From Octopus vulgaris (Eukaryota), in contig OX597832.1 of assembly GCA_951406725.2 (NCBI GenBank), positions 2,170,001 through 2,234,000 of the forward strand: a stretch of DNA of 64,000 bases. The letters are read 5' to 3'. Positions 35,440 through 49,641 of this stretch are shown here, one piece after another (positions within the stretch are counted from its first letter, which is position 1; the number at the start of each line of letters is the position of its first letter). Position numbers and translations under genes: made by a program. The notes under the pieces were generated by a model, which saw nothing but the letters and a program-made list of their open reading frames with translations, made no database searches and was not told the origin of the DNA.

Positions 35440-36250
35440 GCTCAAAATCTCGATTCACTTCATACAGTAGCCATTAGCAAGACTAAGAGTTCAAGGATGC
35501 ACACACTCACCCTATTTCGGGACTACTGCGAGGTTTACGCGCCCTACAATCATCTTGGATCGAGTGGCTTGGCAATGTTATTTCAGAAATATTTAGAGTT
35601 TTCCTACACCCGATCGGTAAGTTGGTGGTCTTAGGCGTGAGCGGCAGCGAGAAATTGCTGCAGATCCTCTAGTAACACAAGTTCAGAAACAACAACAGAT
35701 CATTCAGGTTGTACTTTGATTTTCCTCAAAGTAGCAGAAAGGCTTAGTATAAATTGTCTAGTAGTAGGCTACATGGATCATATTTGTGTATCCTTTACAG
35801 TAAACTAAAAGACAATTAGACAAATACTCAGTTACTGGAAGGTGAACCCAGAGTTTTCATTAGTAAACTAGCTAAGCGGCAATTAATGAGGGTCATTTGC
35901 AATGTGGTGGGTTTCCTTCAAGAGTAGAATTATAGACGAATCTGTTAGCTGCAGGAATCAATGTATAGCAATAAGGGAATTGCTTAAAAGACAAAGAGCC
36001 TCCAAATTCCTTCCACCCAAACACAAAGAACATATTGTCTGAACTAATGTGCGTGTGCTGCGAAGGCATGAAAGTCGTTCTTTAGACCCGAGTGACAGAG
36101 GCGCAGCCTAGCAACAAATTCGGCTTTTGACAGGCCTCAGTGGAAGTGTACCTTCTGATTACAAACAAATGGGTGTTGTTTTCCCAACAGAACTTTGTCG
36201 AACTGTTTACGATGAGTGACAAACTGAAAACGATAAGACTTTGATGCCTA
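35440..36250 (+). pseudogene. Second decayed Tx1/L1 APE plus linker relic
   Basis: VAISKTK, GSSGLAMLFQKYLE, FLHPIGKLVVLGV, MWWVSFK and NVRVLRR parallel the motifs at 70-1105. Confidence 0.5.
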
Positions 36251-36763
36251 CCTCAACAGACCATTGCAACTCTCGACTGGGGAGACCGAATACTACCAAT
36301 AACCGATTTAAGCTTACGCAGTGGCGAACGTGTTGAACTGCTGCGTGGGGGACAAATAGCCGTAACTTGATGGCCTGCTCTATGAGCTTAATTCGCTTCT
36401 GTTTTGCACCTGTCATCTGCATCTGTCAGATTCTCTGGTATTGTGGTGTGTTCCACATAAATTACTGAACTCTTTCCAGCCCATCTTTCTTGGGGGTCAA
36501 GCTTTCACATGATTTCAGAATGGGATATGCAGTCTCCATTTTAAAGCTCTAGAACAGTTAATATTTTACGAAGAATAATCGAAATGAAATGTTTCAAACG
36601 GAAAATGAACCTCCCTTACGTACTTCGCCAACCTGTGACAGTAGCATGTTCAACAAGCCTGTAAAAGTTCCTCGGTTCGCCTGCGTTGGAACGAAGTCAA
36701 AAGTTACAAACTGTGAATTTTATCCGATAGTTTTTAATTGTTCTTTTGCTCTACTACCAAGTA

Positions 36764-36840
<77 letters not shown>

Positions 36841-37742
36841 GTGCGCGCGAGTGATGCGCACTCTATTGTAAATGGCAAGCAGATGGGCTGGGAAGCGTTT
36901 AGTATTTTATTCGGATTACAGCACAATAGCAGAGAATCTGGCAATCTTCCTATTTCCTTTATTTTGTTCAAAGGAAATATTGAAACATTTAATATGAAAT
37001 TATTTGAGTATTGACACGATATATGAAGTAGAACTCTTACAAATACAACTACACTTCTACATCACTACACAACATTAAATAAACGTAAAGTATCTCAAGG
37101 TTGTCACAATTCAATATTTCATATATAAAGCTGTTTACAACAGTAACGATAAAACCACTGAAAGAAATCGATCTTCCGACTCTTCAAAAAGAAAACAATG
37201 CTTAATTCCAAAGGCCATTCTGATTTTTAAACTTGCTGATAAACACACACTAATTAGCAGGTGTGCAATTCATGTAATAATTAAGCACTCACAAAACTTT
37301 TTTTTTAATGTTAAAAAGGAAAACTACTGTGTTTATGTTTTCGAAATGGTTGGCAGTAACGAGGGCTGTTTGATTCAGAAATTTGTTTGTGGGCGTACTA
37401 TTTGTAGGAGGAGAAATTATCGATGGGCAGGGAAATTATTTGTCTGCAGAAGCTACTGGCTGTCAGAAAGAATAAATGATATTTAGAAAACTGAAAAATG
37501 TAGAGTAGTGAGAGAAGAAGCGCGAGTGAGAGAATGGATAAATTACCGAGATTTTTTTTTAATGGAAAATATGATCGTGTGTGTTGGGTGAATCGTGAAT
37601 TGTGGAGTGAGTATTACGAAATAAAATAATTTGCGGGTATGAAATTAACTGATTATTAGATGCTTTTATGAGAAAAGAATGAAAAATTTAAAGGGTCTCT
37701 CCGAAATTTAAGGTAATAGACGATTCGAAACAAATAAATAAT

Positions 37743-37883
37743 CAGGCGCGGTCCCAGGAATTTTTCGAAGGAAGGGCACAAGGTCAGAAGGGAATACAAT
37801 TCCAGGAGAGAAGGGCGTAATAACCTTATTTAGAAGAGTGTACCTTTTCTTGAAGGGGCACCCCCTCCTTGGGTCCGCCCCTG
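37743..37883. mobile_element. Small MITE with GC-rich TIRs
   Basis: CAGGCGCGGTCCCAGG ... CCTTGGGTCCGCCCCTG. Confidence 0.55.
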
Positions 37884-38179
37884 GTAAAAATTTAAGAGAG
37901 AAGAAAAGTTAAAGAAAGGTAAACTCTCGAATAGTTGTGTCCTTGTTTCGATTCGTGGCTTAAGAAATTGTTCTTTACTTTCACCACTTCTACTTTGGAA
38001 ATGTCATAGATTTGGCAAATTTCTATTTCTTCTTTCTTTAAAATAAGACTCTTTTATAATTATGAAGCTTTGTACCTGTATATGAAATCTATAGATTTAT
38101 AGACTAGAAATGGTCACGTGGCTTGATCCAAAATGCATCTTTGACACCAGTAACGTCCTATGGTATAGACACACTAGGC

Positions 38180-41100
38180 CAGGGGTGGGAAACCCCTGGC
38201 ACGTGTACTAAACATGGCACACCAATAACTTGTTTCTGGCACATGAAACCCTCTCTCTAGTAATCCACCACCCCACCACTTAATGACTTTCTCTCAATAG
38301 TATATAGCGACTTTTTACTGCTCAGGTACATTTTATATTTTACATACGAGCGTAAGACATGTTCCATAGAACATATATCCAATCAGATTAGAAATTCTTG
38401 TAAGAATAAATAACCTTTCTAGATTTTTTCTTTGTAATACAGATTCGATCTATATATTAAACCTAAGTTGAAAAATACACTTACTTGTATGCAGTTCTTC
38501 CCTGATTTCCTTTCATGCTATTTGTTATGACTTATAAATGCAGTAAATATACTTGTACTACTTGTATACAATAATATCGAGACTTTTTCGACAATTTCTA
38601 ATAAATAAGCCAGTACTGTATTCTAATTATTGTTACGCAAATCATTTGATGTCCGTTGATGCTCAAGTAGCTAAATCGTATTTAGAGGGCCGCGGGTCGA
38701 TGCTGCTAATTCAGCCTGCATGCAAGTCTAGATACAGTTAATTGACCGTGGTCATGTTTTCATCGTAGTTGTTGTGTGTACATTGTGCATATAGAGTACC
38801 TGTATTGCATACATACGAGATTATGCATGAACCGGATTGTTATCTCGAGCTTGAAGTGTTGCATATGTCATCGCTTCTTGAAATGATTTACTGTAAGCGT
38901 CAAATTATTCGCGGCCATAAAATTTCGCGATTTGTTGCATGCTTTGTCTTTTCTTTACTGATCCTTGCGCCGCGCCCATCTTACCATTTTGTGGGGACAG
39001 CAAACTATTTTTTTATTTACTTTAATTAAAAAACTAAAAAAAATAAAGTGGTTTGATCAAACTTATTAAACACTTCATGACCTTTTAGTTTTCTTCTTCC
39101 TCCTTTTTCACGTATATCATTATATCATTATCTCTTTTTTTTTTTTTTTTTGCTGCCCTTTATACATTGTGCAAAATGTCAGAACCACTTGCTAAGAAAC
39201 GATGTCATTCAACTGAAGAGGTTATTAGAGATTTTCAAAAATACTGGACTGAAAAGCTTGGTATGATTAAGACAATAAAGCATTATGTATTTTCTGTTCT
39301 GAAACTATTGTTTGTAGAACCTCTTCTGTAAAAAGGCATTTTGAAAGTGTTCATAAGAACTTAAGCAATAAAACTGAAGAGGAACAAATAGAATTAATTT
39401 CTCGTGAACTCAGCAGAACAAAAGAACAGGCTGATACTTTTATAAGCTTTATTTCGGGCAGATACAGTTCCAACTTGGTTGCTGCTAGATTTGAGGTTTC
39501 AATATGGAAAGCCACTCAGTGATGGTGAATATATTAAAGAAGATTGGCTAGAGTGTGCACCTTTCTTTTTGACAATTTTTCAGAAAAGGAAAAGATTATT
39601 CAGCGCATCAAAGAATTGTCTTGAGTAGGAAAACAGTTCAGGATAGAATACTTTTGGAAAAGAATACTTTTGAACAAGTGACAAAAGATTTGTCTTCAGG
39701 TAAGTTTTTTTTCCCCTGTTTGTATTGATGAAAGTACGGACATTACATCATCAGCTAGGTTAGTCACTTTTTCTCGACTTTGTAAAGGTTATGAAATATG
39801 TGAAGAGATAGTTGCCCTTCTAACACTGCTTGAGCGTACTACCGGGGCTGAAATATGTAAAGCTGCTGTGAACGAATTCTCTTCTCGACAAATTGACATT
39901 TCAAAAGTAGTATCCGTCACAACAGATGGTGCCCTCAGCATGACTGGTGAGAAGGCAGGATTTATAAATCTGTTTGCAAAAGAAGTTGGTCATATACTGA
40001 TAAGTTTTTATTGCATCATATTTTATGCGCAAAAACTGAAGGAACTCCAGGAAGTGATGTAAACTGTTACCAAGGCTGTTAATTACATTTCTGCTCGGGT
40101 TTTTAAATAAGAGATAATTTCAAGTTTTACTGAATGAGGTAGATTCTGTGTATAAAGGACTGAAAATGTACAACAATGTTCGATGGCTTAGCCGAGGTTT
40201 AGCTCTGAAACGATTTGTTGAATACTTAAATGAGATAAAGCTCTTTTTGCATGACCAACAAATTTCTTATCAAGAATTGTCTGACACCGTGTGGGTTTGT
40301 AAACAGGTGTTTTTGCAGATTTTTGTGAACATTTGAATGTTAAAATACAGGGCTCTGGTAAGACACTTGATGTTATGTTTGGTTACATAAAGGCTTTCAA
40401 AAGGAATCTAGTAGTATTTGAGAGGGATGTGGACAATGAGAGATTTAGATACTTCCCAAACTTAGGGTACATCAATGATCTCTCAAAAGATGATAGAACT
40501 GAGCGCCAATGTCTTCAAAAGCTGTTTGCAAACGTTATCGAGTCAACTGTTGAGCATTTTTTTTCACAGGGTTTGCTAAATTAAGGGAACTGGAAGAGAT
40601 AGCAAAATTCATGAAGTTTCCAGACATTATCAAACTCAAAGAACTAAACTTACAAATGTTTACATGGATAGACATGTTTGATTTGAAATGCAGTTGATTG
40701 AATTTCAAAGTAGCTCAATTTGGGAGCAAAACTTTATTGACCTTAGAGCTGAATTTAGAAAATATTGAAAAAATGCGATTAGAGATAGGTGTGTCAGAGA
40801 GGAGTGCGGATAACGAATTATCAAGGATGTAGAATGCCATTCCAGAAAATCTTCCCAGTTTAAAAAAACTTTGCAGCAGTACTGATATCCATGTTTTCAT
40901 CAACATATGCCTGTGAATCCTTGTTCTCATTGATGAACTTTGTTAAGTCTTGTAATAGCAGTAATCTGACGGATGAAACTAGTAATACATGCATATCTCT
41001 GAAGGTTACAAAATATAAACCCGATACAAAATCTCCGTCATCAGTTATGCAGCAGCAGAAGTCCCACTGATAATACTGTATATATATATGTATATAGAAA

Positions 41101-41462
41101 GGAGTCAGCAAGTTTCTGTCAAACTGATATTTCAATTGACTGATGTTTTCTTTTGAAAGTAGCAAAGGTTGTCTGCAAGTTTTCTACCGGACTGATATTT
41201 TATCTGATGTTTCCTTTTAAAAGTAGCAAAGGTTCGTTGTTGTCTAGATTTAACTTTGAAGGTGAATAAATACATTTTCCATCATTATATACTGTGGGGA
41301 TTTTTTATCCTTTATTTAAAAAGTTTTTAACATACATTTTCTTAAGAGATATCAAGTAGCCTAATATGTTCTCAAAAACATTTGGTTGGCACGTCGAAGA
41401 ATTTTGTATCAGAGATTTTGCCAGTTTAGGCACGGACTCGTAAAAAGGTTGCCCACACCCTG
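38180..41462 (+). mobile_element. Full-length hAT transposon (Buster/Charlie/SPIN type)
   Basis: Perfect 8-bp TSD CACTAGGC (38172-38179 and 41463-41470, central TA). TIRs CAGGGGTGGGAAACC / GGTTGCCCACACCCTG. Confidence 0.95.
39176..41070 (+). pseudogene. hAT transposase pseudogene with multiple frameshifts and stops
   Basis: MSEPLAKKR, BED-finger-like ALCIFC...VKRHFESVH, IDESTDITSSARL, VTTDGALSMTG, VRWLSRG, FSSTYACESLFSLM and terminal QQQKSH*. Confidence 0.92.
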
Positions 41463-41939
41463 CACTAGGCAGTTGTCTAGGTACCTCACAAGTCTAAGGG
41501 CTCAATTTTGATCTATGCATTCTGTGGCTTACTGCCAATAAATAAAAAAAAACTATAAGATCCAGTGCTTTTATTTACCCGGGGGCCAATAATGCTGCTA
41601 GGACGGCCCTATCTGAAACTTATTTTATGAACCAAAGACGGACGAAAAGTAAAGAAAAAAAATTTAATTGAGCATATAAATTGAGAGTGTAAAACAGTCT
41701 TGTTCTTTACTGTTTCTGCCATAATTATGATAATTAGACATAAAGTGTAACACCGTGGAATCTAACATCAACATCGGTGTACGTAGAAACGATATAGAAA
41801 TCAACAATCTGGTATCGATCATTCTTACTAAATTGTTTAATGTTACAAGGCATTGAACTATTTTAAAAGGGGAAAGAGAATCCAGCCAATTTATTCAGCC
41901 CAGCATTTTCCACTTGCACTTATTTCATCAAACTGGTAC

Positions 41940-42222
41940 TCTGTCGGTTACGACGACGAGGGTTCCAGTTGATCAACAAAACCGCCTACTCGTGAAGTTA
42001 ACGTGCAAGTAGTTGAACACTCCACAAATACGCGTACTTATAACGTAGCTCTCGAGTACTACAGGTACTACTCATACAGCTAAATACAGATACTACTCGT
42101 ATTTACAAGCTGAAAGGACTGGAGTAATGTGAAATAAAGTGTCTTGCTCAAGGGTACAACGCGCTGTCGGGAATCGAAAACACGCCCTTACGATTTTGAG
42201 TCGAATAGCCTAACCACTAAAC
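41940..42222 (-). mobile_element. tRNA-derived SINE with the shared core and another tail type
   Basis: Minus strand reads TTAGTGGTTAGG...TTCGATTCCCG...CCCTTGAGCAAGACACTTTATTTCACATT. Confidence 0.75.
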
Positions 42223-43690
42223 TTATTTCATCAACACTGGCAGTAAAAAAAAAGAGAAGAAACGCTAGAAGTGGTGTGTGAACACAGTGATAGAAGTGAT
42301 ATATGAAGTACGGTATGAACTCAGAAATACACAGTACCGAACTTTCTCCAAATATCTGTCATCTGCATTCACACAGCCGGTCAAAATTTCATGAATAATC
42401 AATACATTATATATAACAAGTAATTAGCTTTTATAATTATCTCGAACAATGATGGAGTGATGAAGAGCAGAAGACATAAATAAGCTGTTACAGAAAACAA
42501 TGGAATTTATTTAATAAAAGAGATTTTGTAAATAAATAAGCTTTGGGAAAATACTTCCGCACATAAATCCGAAATTCAAACGGTGATGTTCCAAAGTGAA
42601 TTCCGAGCAGTGTATAGGAACTGCGGAACTTATTTCCACTCGATATTATCATTAACATTCAATATAATGATCCCTTTTTCTTTAATTTTTCTTTATACTT
42701 GTACATTATATAATCCATAAGCTTAATGTCAGTAGCCATCCCTTAGTTAATGGAAAAAATACAAAAATCCTTGTATAGAACTGTGCACTTCACAGTTCCA
42801 GCGACACGGTGTTTGGCTGTTGTGTGCATGCTCACATGTCTGAGATAAGAAGCTTCACGCTAGGGAGAGACAGCACTGCGTGAACGATAGTGCCCACCCC
42901 AGTGTCCGGTGAAAAGCAGTGTTTCTTTTTTATTCCGCGTGTGTTGTGCTTAAAAACATGTTTATATTCTTGAATGTGATAAAGTGTAGAATTAGATTAT
43001 TACCCTGATCCAGCTTCAGTGTTGCCTTATTTTCCCCGCCTTATTTTGTGATTTAGTGGGAAGTTTTGAAAAACAAGGGGGAATTCGCGGCAGTATTCAG
43101 TGAAGAAATTAAACGCACTACCCAGCAGTGACTAAAACGTGAACCGATCAAGTTTATGTATAAATTTTCTTTTTACATGTTTATTTCCTTTTACACAATA
43201 TTAAAACAACGGCTAAAAATTTTCTGAAGCAACACCCCAACTAATTTTATCTACGAACCGCCACAGGTTCTCAAAAGCCATTTATTGTCAAATATTTACT
43301 AAAATTAGATGGGTCATAAAATTAAATAAAATTGACTTTTCAAGTATTTAATGATGGAAACTGTCATCTCCTACCTCTTCTATAGTCTCCTACCTATACT
43401 CTAACTGCCCGATCAAGAAACTTCTACGTAATCGTCCAGTCAGCTACAAATACTAACTAAATATCCCTCTAATCACACCCTACAAAACAACACATTGAGT
43501 TATTGTCCTCGATTCCTAATATAATCATGGTTAGAATGGTCAATCAGAAAAGATCTGGAGCTAGACAGCAACAAAATTTGTTCTAAAACCCGAAGTATGT
43601 GTTTGTGCATAAACGTGTGAGCAACTGTTATATGATCGAGTAAATGAAAGTTGGTTAACTGAAAGATGTTTCTCATGCATGTTATGCATG

Positions 43691-44404
43691 TAGGTAGGTA
43701 GGTAGGTAGGTAGGTAGGTAGGTAGGTAGGTAGGTAGGTAGGTAGGTAGGTAGGTAGGTAGGTAGGTAGGTAGGTAGGTAGGTAGGTAGGCAGGTAGGTA
43801 GGGAAGGTGGGTAGGTAGGTAGGTAGGTAGGTAGGTAGGTAGGTAGGTAGGTAGGTAGGTAGGTAGGTAGGTAGGTAGGTAGGTAGGTAGGTAGGTAGGT
43901 AGGTAGGTAGGTAGGTAGGCAGGTAGGTAGGGAAGGTGGGTAGGTAGGTAGGTGGGTGGGTAGGTAGGTAGGTAGGTAGGTAGGTAGGTAGGTAGGTAGG
44001 TAGGTAGGCAGGTAGGTAGGGAAGGTGGGTAGGTAGGTAGGTGGGTGGGTAGGTAGGTAGGTAGGTAGGTAGGTAGGTAGGTAGGTAGGTAGGTAGGTAG
44101 GTAGGTAGGTAGGTAGGAAGGTGGGTAGGTAGTAGGTGGGTGGGTAGGTAGGTAGGTAGGTAGGTAGGTAGGTAGGTAGGTAGGTAGGTAGGTAGGTAGG
44201 CAGGTAGGTAGGGAAGGTGGGTAGGTAGGTAGGTGGGTGGGTAGGTAGGTAGGTAGGTAGGTAGGCAGGTAGGTAGGGGGTGGGTGGGTAGGTAGGTGGG
44301 TGGGTAGGTAGGTAGGTAGGTAGGTAGGTAGGTAGGTAGGTAGGTAGGTAGGTAGAGAGGTAGGTATGTAGGTAGGTAGGCTGTAGGCAAGTACTTAGGT
44401 AGGT
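43691..44404. repeat. (GGTA)n satellite with recurring variant blocks
   Basis: ~710 bp; explains the PTYL-repeat ORF. Confidence 0.97.
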
Positions 44405-44454
44405 GTGAACGTGTTAGCGAGAGTGTATGTATATGCATTTGAAAATATATACAT

Positions 44455-44650
44455 ATCGTTTATCTTTTTATCTTTTACTTGTTTCAGTCATTCGACTGCA
44501 ACCCTTGAATGGTTTAGTCGAACAAATCAGCTCCAGTAGTTTTTCTTTTGCCGAACCGATAAGTTACAGGGACGTAAACAAACCAACACCAGTTGTCAAA
44601 TGGTGGCAAAGAAAACAGAATAACAAATACGCCTGCACACACACGCACAT
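44455..44650 (-). mobile_element. SINE 3' portion (18204-18555 family)
   Basis: TTTTACTTGTTTCAGTCATT...GCCGAACCGATAAGTTACAGGGACGTAAACA. Confidence 0.75.
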
Positions 44651-45047
44651 ACACACGCATGCACACACGTTTGTGTGTGTGTGCGTGCGTGTGTGTGTAT
44701 GTGTGTCGGTTTATGTGTATCCGTCTATATACGTGAAGCAATGCGTATATCTGTCTGTTTGTGCTTGTGTGTATGTAAGCGTGTATGCAAGTATGTATAT
44801 CAGCCTATGTATATGTTTCTATGTATTTGTTTGTCTATGTTCATCCATGTGAGTGCATGTGTATTTGCGTATTTAGAAACATATCAAGGGGGTGGATAAC
44901 TTTCCTTATCAATAGTAGGTGGGCGTGATTGATATAAACGCGCAAATTCGATCCTCAGTAAACATTGTCAATTTCACTGTACAAAATTATTCTGGTGCAA
45001 TGTTTTGTTTTACGTATGTATGTCATTGTTCAGTTTTATTTCAAGAT

Positions 45048-45362
45048 TTATGTATGTATGTATGTATGTATGTATGTATGTATGTATGCATGTATGTATG
45101 CATGTATGTATGTATGTATGTATGCATGTATGTATGCATGCATGTATGTATACATGCATGCATGCATGCATGTATGTATGTATGTATGTATGTATGTATG
45201 TATGTATGCATGCATGCATGCATACATGCATGCATGTATGTATGTATGTATGTATGTATGTATGTATGTATGTATGTATGTATGTATGCATACATGCATG
45301 CATGCATGTATGTATGTATTATGTATGTATATATGTATGTATGCATGCATGCATGTATGTAT
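45048..45362. repeat. (TATG/CATG)n microsatellite
   Basis: Directly visible. Confidence 0.95.
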
Positions 45363-45364
45363 GA

Positions 45365-46244
45365 ATGTGGTTCCATATATGGAACTAGCTATCTTGGTTG
45401 AAGGAACAATTCTGAAAGTGGTAGACAAGTTTGTCTACCTGGGCAGCACACTCAGCCGTTCTTGCTCCCTGGAAGATGAAATATCTTTCAGGCTGCAGAG
45501 AGCAATTGATTCCTTCCAGTCTCTTCAGTCTTGTGTTTGGTCCCAGCATGGCATCATAAAGCAAACAAAAATTGCTGTGTACCGTGCTTGTGTACTGACA
45601 TCGCTCCTTTACTCATGTGAAACACGGACCCTTTACAAACGTCATGTAAGGGTCCTTGAACGCTTTCATCGGAGATGCCTCAGACACATCCTGAATGTTG
45701 GCTGGACCTTAAAAACTCCAGACACACAGTTCCTGAGCACAGCTGATATCTTGAGTATTGAGGCGGTGGTGCAAAAGTACCGATTACGTTGGACTGGACA
45801 CCTTATTAGAATGAAGAATAGCAGGATCCCGAAGCAGATGCTATATGGGGAACTTGTGAATTGAAAGAGACCCCAGCAGAAACCAAGGCTGCGATTTAAG
45901 GACTGTGTCAAGTACTCATTAAAGGCCTGTGATATGCAGGAGACTGACTAGAAGAACAATGCCTGTCCTCGCCAAAGATGGAGGAAGCAGGTTAAGGAGG
46001 GGGTCGACACTTTTGGGAGAGTACGTATTCTGCATGAAGAACTTAAGCGTGCTGCTCGAAAGCGCACTGCTGGTGTAGTGAATGGGGAAAGCTTAGTCTA
46101 CAATGTTTGCCGTCGTGTATGCTTGTCAAGAGCAGGGCTCATTAGCCACCAACGGAGCCGCAAATGCAAAATATTAGTCCTAGAGCGCACAATGTTCCTG
46201 AAGGTCAGCAATGGTCTTCGTCAGTCACGAGTGGATGGCCATCA
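45365..46244 (+). mobile_element. RTE (BovB-like) LINE 3' fragment
   Basis: VDKFVYLGSTLS, TKIAVYRACVLTSLLYSCET, LERFHRRCLRHIL, RLRWTGHLIRM, RIPKQMLYGEL and C-terminal zinc-finger remnant CRRVCLSRAGLISHQR; (ATGT)n tail. Confidence 0.93.
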
Positions 46245-48335
46245 TGTATGTATGTATGTTATATGTAAGTATAGAGGAAATATATACAGGTAAAAAGTAT
46301 TTCTTCAATTTAAAGATTGATAATCATTATATACAGCACATCTGATGGAGAATCTTCCTCGGTTATATATTACTGGTGTGCAAACATAAATGACAGGGAG
46401 TTGTTTGGACTTCCAAATATTTACCCTGGGTTGTAAAAATATTCGTCATCACTCCATGTTGCACTTGGTGGTGGATATAGCCGCTAAAATCGATCATAGT
46501 ACTTGACTGGTGTCAACCCCGAAAGGATGGAAAGAAAACTTGGTTCTTTCAAGATTAGAAATCTTAAGAGAACGTAGCAACAACCCATTTATTCCATTAT
46601 TCAAATGCTTTTGTCATATTTTCCGTTAAATATTTTTTAATAACTTTTACTCTAAACATAACAAGAGCGTATTTGGCGTTCGGTTGCTTGAATTCCAATG
46701 AAACAGAAATTATTATTGCAACATCTTATCTCAGCACAGCGAATTTACTTGACGTGCATATGTAATTATATCAGCCGACTAATTGAGTCTGTGTTCTGAG
46801 GGTGTCGATATCAGAATGATGTTGATTGCTTAGTTAGTTTCTGAAGAGGACGGAATATTGTCATTTCTGTCATCTCAGTGGGTGAAAGCAGATTTAATGG
46901 ATGAAACATTAAAATACTAAAACAGGGTCAAACATGAAATGAAAAATATATTAGTTGATGACTAATACTGTCCTTAATTTATCTCCGGCAGCTACGAGAA
47001 GCAACTCCAGATATATTTCACCATTTTTTAATTTCATCGGCGAAATTCTAGCTTCACCGTATCTTACCATAGTGTTAACGAAGGTCTACTCAGTACATAT
47101 ACGAAAAATTATGTTAAATGGAGTATAAACTTACAAATTAAATAATTCTGGGGTGTCATCTGGTGACAAATCATTCTGACTTGCACCCGATTTTCTTGAA
47201 TAAACCTGAGCTATATAAAGACTAGCGAGAACCTGACATTTGAACTATAGTTCTCAAATTTTCCCAATCTAGAATCACGGCCTGATATGTTTCCATAAAA
47301 GGAAGAGTTGCCATAAAAGGTATTAATGTCTGCGCGAATATGATTTGACTAATCAGCAATGGTTGGTTTATTTATGGCTAAAGAAGCAATTTCAGAGGAT
47401 GTGTGCAAATTTTCCTGCCAAACGGCTTCCTGAGCCTTCTGGACCGATTATTATTAAAAGCCGAGTTATTTCAACTTACAAAGAGCTACTTAAGATTTCT
47501 ACGGCTCGGTCGTTTTACCCTGCATGGTAGTTCACATCTCTCTCATCTTTCTCTCTTATTCACAGGCCTCAACCGGTAGTGTCAATCAACGAATATTCCT
47601 TATATGTAATAATTCATAATACCCTGTACAATATTACTTTATTGGATGTATATTTGTAAAGTCAGAAAGACGAATGAAAAAATATTCGGAAACTCAGACA
47701 AATTTTCGAGTGGTTATTTTCAAAATGCCCAGCCTCTCTGACATTGAGAACAGATAAAGATGAAGACGGGATTGCAAACCATACTAAATTATTTCGTTTG
47801 ACTTAACAACCCAAATGCAACTAACATGAAGATATCCATAATTTATATCATAAATACCACATATTATCCGCATATAAAATATACTGAGAAGCAGTTTAGT
47901 TGAATATTCCAGTAATATTGAGTTTGCAGCAATAGCAAACAATTAGTTATCAATACCGTCACAGCCTCTTCTCCTCAGCGTCGGGTCGAGAGGATGTCAA
48001 CCATAGTATATAACGTGGGAGTCAGTTACTACTGAATCATAGTACCAACTTACAGAAAACACAATTCTATATTATAAGTAATGGATATATGATAGTTATG
48101 TACATGTGCGCGTAACAGTGAGTTGTGCATATATATGTTTTGTAATATTTGATGATAGCGTACAAATTTTAGTTTATTACTAGAGGACACGATTTTGCTA
48201 TCTACAGCGATACTCCTCAAAAAGGGATGATTTTTTGCCAGTCCTAATAAACTCTGCTTCTCTCTTTCCGTAATTATGACCTAATCCATGTTTCCTAGAA
48301 CTGCATCCTTTAATAAGTCTCTCTCTTTATCTATC

Positions 48336-48400
<65 letters not shown>

Positions 48401-49015
48401 ACGTTACCCTCCAATCTCTAATGCACAACTATATAATTTGAACCTTAATCGTTCGCCTAGTTGGCAAGGATTGTAAAGTCTATGAATGTTCATACGACTG
48501 GATAAAAATATATGGTGAACTGTTATTCAGTAATGTAAACTAGCAAACAAATGCACTCTATACCTGGACATTGCACCATCAGACTTGTAGCAAGTACGTT
48601 AGCGGCCGACATTAAGGCAAACTTTATTTCTTCTGTTCTTTTATGGGTCGTTATGGAAAGAATAAGATTGACAACAGAAATGCAGGAAGAATGTAAGATA
48701 ATTTTAAAATCTTTATTGGGTTTTGTTCAGATAAAATGTCAGCATCGAAGCAGACATGATAACATTCAATGGGAGAGCGATTTGTTTGTTGGTTCTTTCA
48801 AATGATAACAAGCAAGGAAATAGATAATGTTGCATCGATCATTAGTTTCTATTGCAGACCAACTTTGACCATTCACTTCCCAATCAAAACCAATAGAAAC
48901 GACAAAAAAGTACACAGAAAACTACTGTCCATCTGTAGGTGTATACGCCAGTATACTTGTGTGTGTGTACATGCACGCTTGTGAGTATAAAGTGCGCCAG
49001 ATGTGTGTGTGTGTG

Positions 49016-49069
<54 letters not shown>

Positions 49070-49106
49070 CGTGTGTGTGTGTGCGTGCGTGTGTGTGTGT
49101 GCGTGC

Positions 49107-49137
<31 letters not shown>

Positions 49138-49282
49138 TACCTTTGTGTTTGTGCATGTGTGTCTGTGTTTTCACGTGAATACACAAGAGAGAAATTGTGA
49201 AAATTTCCATTCAAATCTCTGCATTATCTAGTGTATGTATCAAAGTTACGAATGTCTACATGAATAGAAACGATTCGTATTC

Positions 49283-49356
<74 letters not shown>

Positions 49357-49572
49357 TTGTGTGTGTGAGTGTGTGAGTGTGTGCGCGCGCGCGTGCTTGT
49401 GCAGATGAGTGGGGGTGAGAGAGAGAGAGAGAGAAAGCGAGACGGCCAGTTAGTAGAGTCACGAGCGCGTCAGATGGAATGCTTTTATAGTATTCCTTCT
49501 GGCTTTCTGCACAAGGTTCAAATCCCACTCAAGTTAACTTTCGTCCTTTTGAGATAAACAAGTGAAGTAACC

Positions 49573-49641
<69 letters not shown>

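Noticed and set aside
43500-44438. 312-aa PTYL-repeat ORF
   Set aside because: Translation of the (TACC)n satellite.
44965-45864. 299-aa ORF as a host gene
   Set aside because: (TATG)n translation fused in frame to an RTE LINE C-terminal fragment.
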